From the NCBI RefSeq assembly GCF_000315625.1, contig NW_005434588.1, positions 139,729-177,963 of the forward strand: a stretch of DNA of 38,235 bases. Direction: 5' to 3'. The DNA comes from Guillardia theta CCMP2712 (lineage: Eukaryota; Protista; Cryptophyta). A model generated the notes under the pieces. That model did no database searches. It was given only the letters and a program-made list of their open reading frames with translations, and had not been told where the DNA came from. Positions 34,497 through 38,235 of the stretch are shown one piece after another; the first letter of the stretch is position 1, and each line of letters begins with the position of its first letter. The position numbers and the translations under genes were made by a program.

Positions 34497-37400
34497 CTAC
34501 CTCCTAGCCCTGACCGTAACTCGAGCCCCGCTCGGCTTCAGCGTCATGGCGAAAATTTGTGTCGGCTCCTGGTAGACGATAAAGGATGTGAGAAGCGGCA
34601 GGAAGCTGATGAGCCGGAGAGGAGACAGAAGGCAAAGGGCAGAGGGCAAGGGGCAACTTTCAAGAGGAGAACAACCTTGACGAGGGTGAACTCGTATTTC
34701 TGGAGCATGTAGGCAAGCACCTGCCACGTCATCAGCGACCAGACTCTTCGACGTCAAACACCCGGACCAGCTTGAGCTCCAACATCGCCAGGTTCTCCCC
34801 TATGCACCTACGGAGACGACTCAGGGACTCTTCCTCCCATCGTGTGAAAAGGAGGAGGAAGAGGTGGTGGTGGTGGTGATGGTGTTGTTGTTGTTGGAGG
34901 AGAGAACCTTCGTAACCCCTTGCTAAATGGACGGAAAATCTTCTTCAACTGCCTTCATGTCAAGGTCGGGGGGTCAAGGTCGGGGACTCGCCTGCTGAAT
35001 CTCGGGATCCGTCTCGAACCACCTGGGGGTCAGGTGGAGGTGAGATGAGGAGGGAGGGAAAGAGATGGGGTCACCTCTCTGGGATGAACTCGTCCGGTCG
35101 TGAGATTCCTGCGATCAAGAATCGAGGATCAAGAGGATGGAGGAGGGAGGAGGAAGGAGGAAAAGGAAGGTAGGGAGGAGGGAGGAGGGAAGAAAGAGAG
35201 ACGAGACAGTTGAAAGGAAGTAGAGAGGGAGAAGGGAGGGAGCAGCGAAGCAAGGAGGGGGGAGGGAGGCGATGGAGGCGGGTAGAATGTAGAGGACCAT
35301 GGCGGTGGAGCGAGTAGTTCGAAATTGCACAGACGGAGCCTTTAGGGATGACAACTGTCACGACGTCAAGCTTGATATCAGGGGGTTGCTCATGAAGACA
35401 TTTGCCAAAATCCAAGTCGGCGATGGCGACGCGGATCGACGAGGTAGGAGCAACCTGTGGGGATTTGTAAGGCTGGAAGGAGGAGGGGGAGAGGAGAGAA
35501 GAAGGAGTAGTAGGAGGAGGAGGAGGTGGAGACGGAAGGGCAGGGGCAGGGGCAGGGGAAGGACCAGGGTGAAGATGAGTACGAGGAAGACGAGGGGGAG
35601 CGGGAGCAGGCAGGCAGGGGAAGTAGAAGGAGAAGGGGAAGGACAGACCGGATGTAACCGCATCCCTTCCTTGACTACACAGTCAAGGTAGTGCAGCGAG
35701 CTTTGAGGCACGACGATTACGACGAAGATGACAATGACAATGACAATGATTGATGTGTTGTCGGAAAAGGTGAAGGAGGAGAGAAATTCAGGATGAGGAA
35801 TGGGATGAGTGGAAAAATGGTTCACAGTGGGGAGGAGTGAATAGTGAGGAGGATGAGGATGAGGATGACAGGAGCAAACCAGGGAGGCAGGAGGAACGGG
35901 AAAATAAGCGAAAGATTGAGATGTCAGTCACCGGTCACAGAACAGCAGAGGTCGAGGTCTCACCTCAGCTTCTCCTTGTGCATGAAACCGTTCTCGGGGT
36001 TCGCTTTGTTGAGCTCCTCCTGAAGGAGACTGGTTGAGAGGAGGAAGACAGGAGGAGATCGAGCAGACAAGGAGGAAGGAGAGGAGGAGAGCGGGGGAGG
36101 AGTGAGGGAGGAGGAGCAAGAGACGAGGAGCGGGAGAAGAGAAGTAGGAAGGAGAAGAGACGGGCTGGAGGGTCTAGCGAGAAAGTTGATCCTCACCACC
36201 ACCAAGGAGGCGACTCGAGGGTTTTTCGCCACCTCGACGAGAATCCAGCTGAGCTGAGAAGCGCAAAGTAGCGATCAGCCACGAGCTCGGGGACTGCAGG
36301 AAGGATGATCACGCTGAATGCGGTGGTGTCGTGGCCGGCCAGGAGAAAGATCATGACGTCGGTGCATCGCTCCCTGCCAGCACACGAGGGTCATGCTGCC
36401 GTTTCAAGAGCTGCAACTGCCGTTGCCTGCTCGAGTAGTAGGGGGCCCGCACGAGATGGCCTGCGGGCAGTCAAAACTTTCCTCGCTGATCCCAAAGCAC
36501 CCCACCTATGATAGAGTGATCGTCTCTCTTGGTCCCGGATTTGCTGAACTTGTCCAAAATTTTCTTGCCATCACATGTCAGGTCGGAGTGCGATCGGACC
36601 TACAGTAGCACCATCCCGATATCAGCGATGTGTTTACGCGCCTCCAGGCTTTCTCTCATTGATTTGCTGAAATATGACAAAAACGAAATCTGTGGCCCAA
36701 TCTGCAGCACCAATCAGGTGACATTGCGGTCTGAGGATCATACACATAAACAATGTCTCTTACGTAATTTCTCGTTCTCTCGCGTATCACTGTCTGAAAG
36801 GCTCGAAGAAACTTCGTTCCATCAGCTTTATCTCCACCGAACACCTGGAAGTTTGCTGAGTTCATAAAACATCATAACCTTGCGCGTTTGGTATCAATCA
36901 CCTCGTCCAAACTATTGAGATCAAAATCAAACATACTGGAGCAGATAAAGTCCAGCGTCAATCTCAACTGATCACGAACAAAGCTTTCATCAGCAACTCA
37001 TGACATAACACCAATCTCTTCATGATCACCAGAAACTCGCTCAGATCCATATCCTGCCCCAACTCATCATACTTGTCCAGGCAAAGCTTTGCCTTCTTCA
37101 TCGTTCTATCAAGGCACTCCAGCTTCTCCGACAGGTAGTTGGTAGCAAACGCTGGAGCCATAGCCTTTCTCGCCCAGTACCAGCCGTTGACAGGCCCTTC
37201 GCTGTATGTTGCCTTGCTGATCATGGAGGGAGTAGGAAGGAACGACTCAAAGAAGCTCTGGTAGACAGGAAGGAATTTGTCTGATTCTGGAATGTTCTTC
37301 TGCGGATCCCCCTCCGTGACAACTTTGGCGACGTCTGGGTCTGAGATGACAACGAGAAGTCTGGGTATGACGAAAGGTATAATGATCACTGGGCCGTACT

Positions 37401-37705
37401 TCTTGAAGTACTCATATTGCTGCGTGACATGTCATGTGCTGATCTATACAAGATCATCTGCAAGAGCTTACATAGAGTGGAAATCGAGCTTCCTTGCTCA
37501 GATGCCGCAGCGATTCAAACCTTCCCACAGGCACCACAGGAGGAAGATTGTACCTGTGGGGAAATAGAATGAACCTGCCTTGCCCGAAAACAATCCATCT
37601 GCCAATCTGCAAGATTTTCCAACTTGCGTATGCAACGAGAGTCGTTGAGAGTAATCTCACTATCTTGACGCTCGTCCTTGAGTCGCCGAGGACAAGTTGC
37701 AACAT
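34497..37705 (-). CDS. Cytochrome P450, multi-exon
   Basis: N-terminal anchor, KKYGPV, I-helix FLLAGHDTTA, K-helix KEGMRLHP (ExxR), FIPERW (PERF), and heme motif PFSKGLR-RCIG split by an intron. Ends TLKPSGARVTVRARR*. Confidence 0.93.
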
Positions 37706-38072
37706 TGCAAAGTAGTCAGAGAAAGAGCAATGCTTGCTCCTGTGATGAAATGTCAAAGTGAGAAAAAGCGGATGAAATGCCTGAAATTCCTTTGATCTGG
37801 TGAAGAGGGGGGAACATGAATTGGAACGGGAAGATGAATTGGAATCGCTTGACAGTTACAGTCAGAAATCAACAGGGCGATGTGAGGAGAATTGGCGTGA
37901 ACGCCAGGTGAGGAAACATTGGACAATGCAGAAGATGACTGCAATTCGAGATAATGCCGAAGATGAAAATGATCGATGTGAGGATGGGAAAAAGAGATAT
38001 TGATGACGGCAGTGGCTGTGGGAGAGGCGACGATGAGGAGAAAGTCGATTGAAAGGAGATGATAATGAAAAT

Positions 38073-38235
<163 letters not shown>

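Overview
Eukaryotic nuclear DNA, most likely from a cryptophyte alga (Guillardia/Hanusia-like). This is inferred from a chlorophyll a/c LHC with an AFAP-type presequence, many short introns, and pervasive GAG/CTC microsatellites. Recognisable host genes are a RAD16-type SNF2/RING helicase spanning an N gap, an LHC, ARL6/BBS3 and a cytochrome P450, plus several multi-exon hypothetical genes. Three features stand out. (1) An intact two-exon gene of ~1170-1190 aa encodes a divergent P-element-superfamily transposase with a GATA-spaced C4 zinc finger where THAP is expected, two very large insertions in the catalytic core, and no recognisable terminal inverted repeats. (2) A recent ~2.7 kb tandem triplication carries three near-identical small RWP-RK genes. 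(3) The RAD16 gene has extra N-terminal Tudor-like and TRAF-spaced zinc-finger modules. A ~130 bp palindrome also lies just upstream of the LHC gene. All calls come from reading the sequence by eye; no searches were run.
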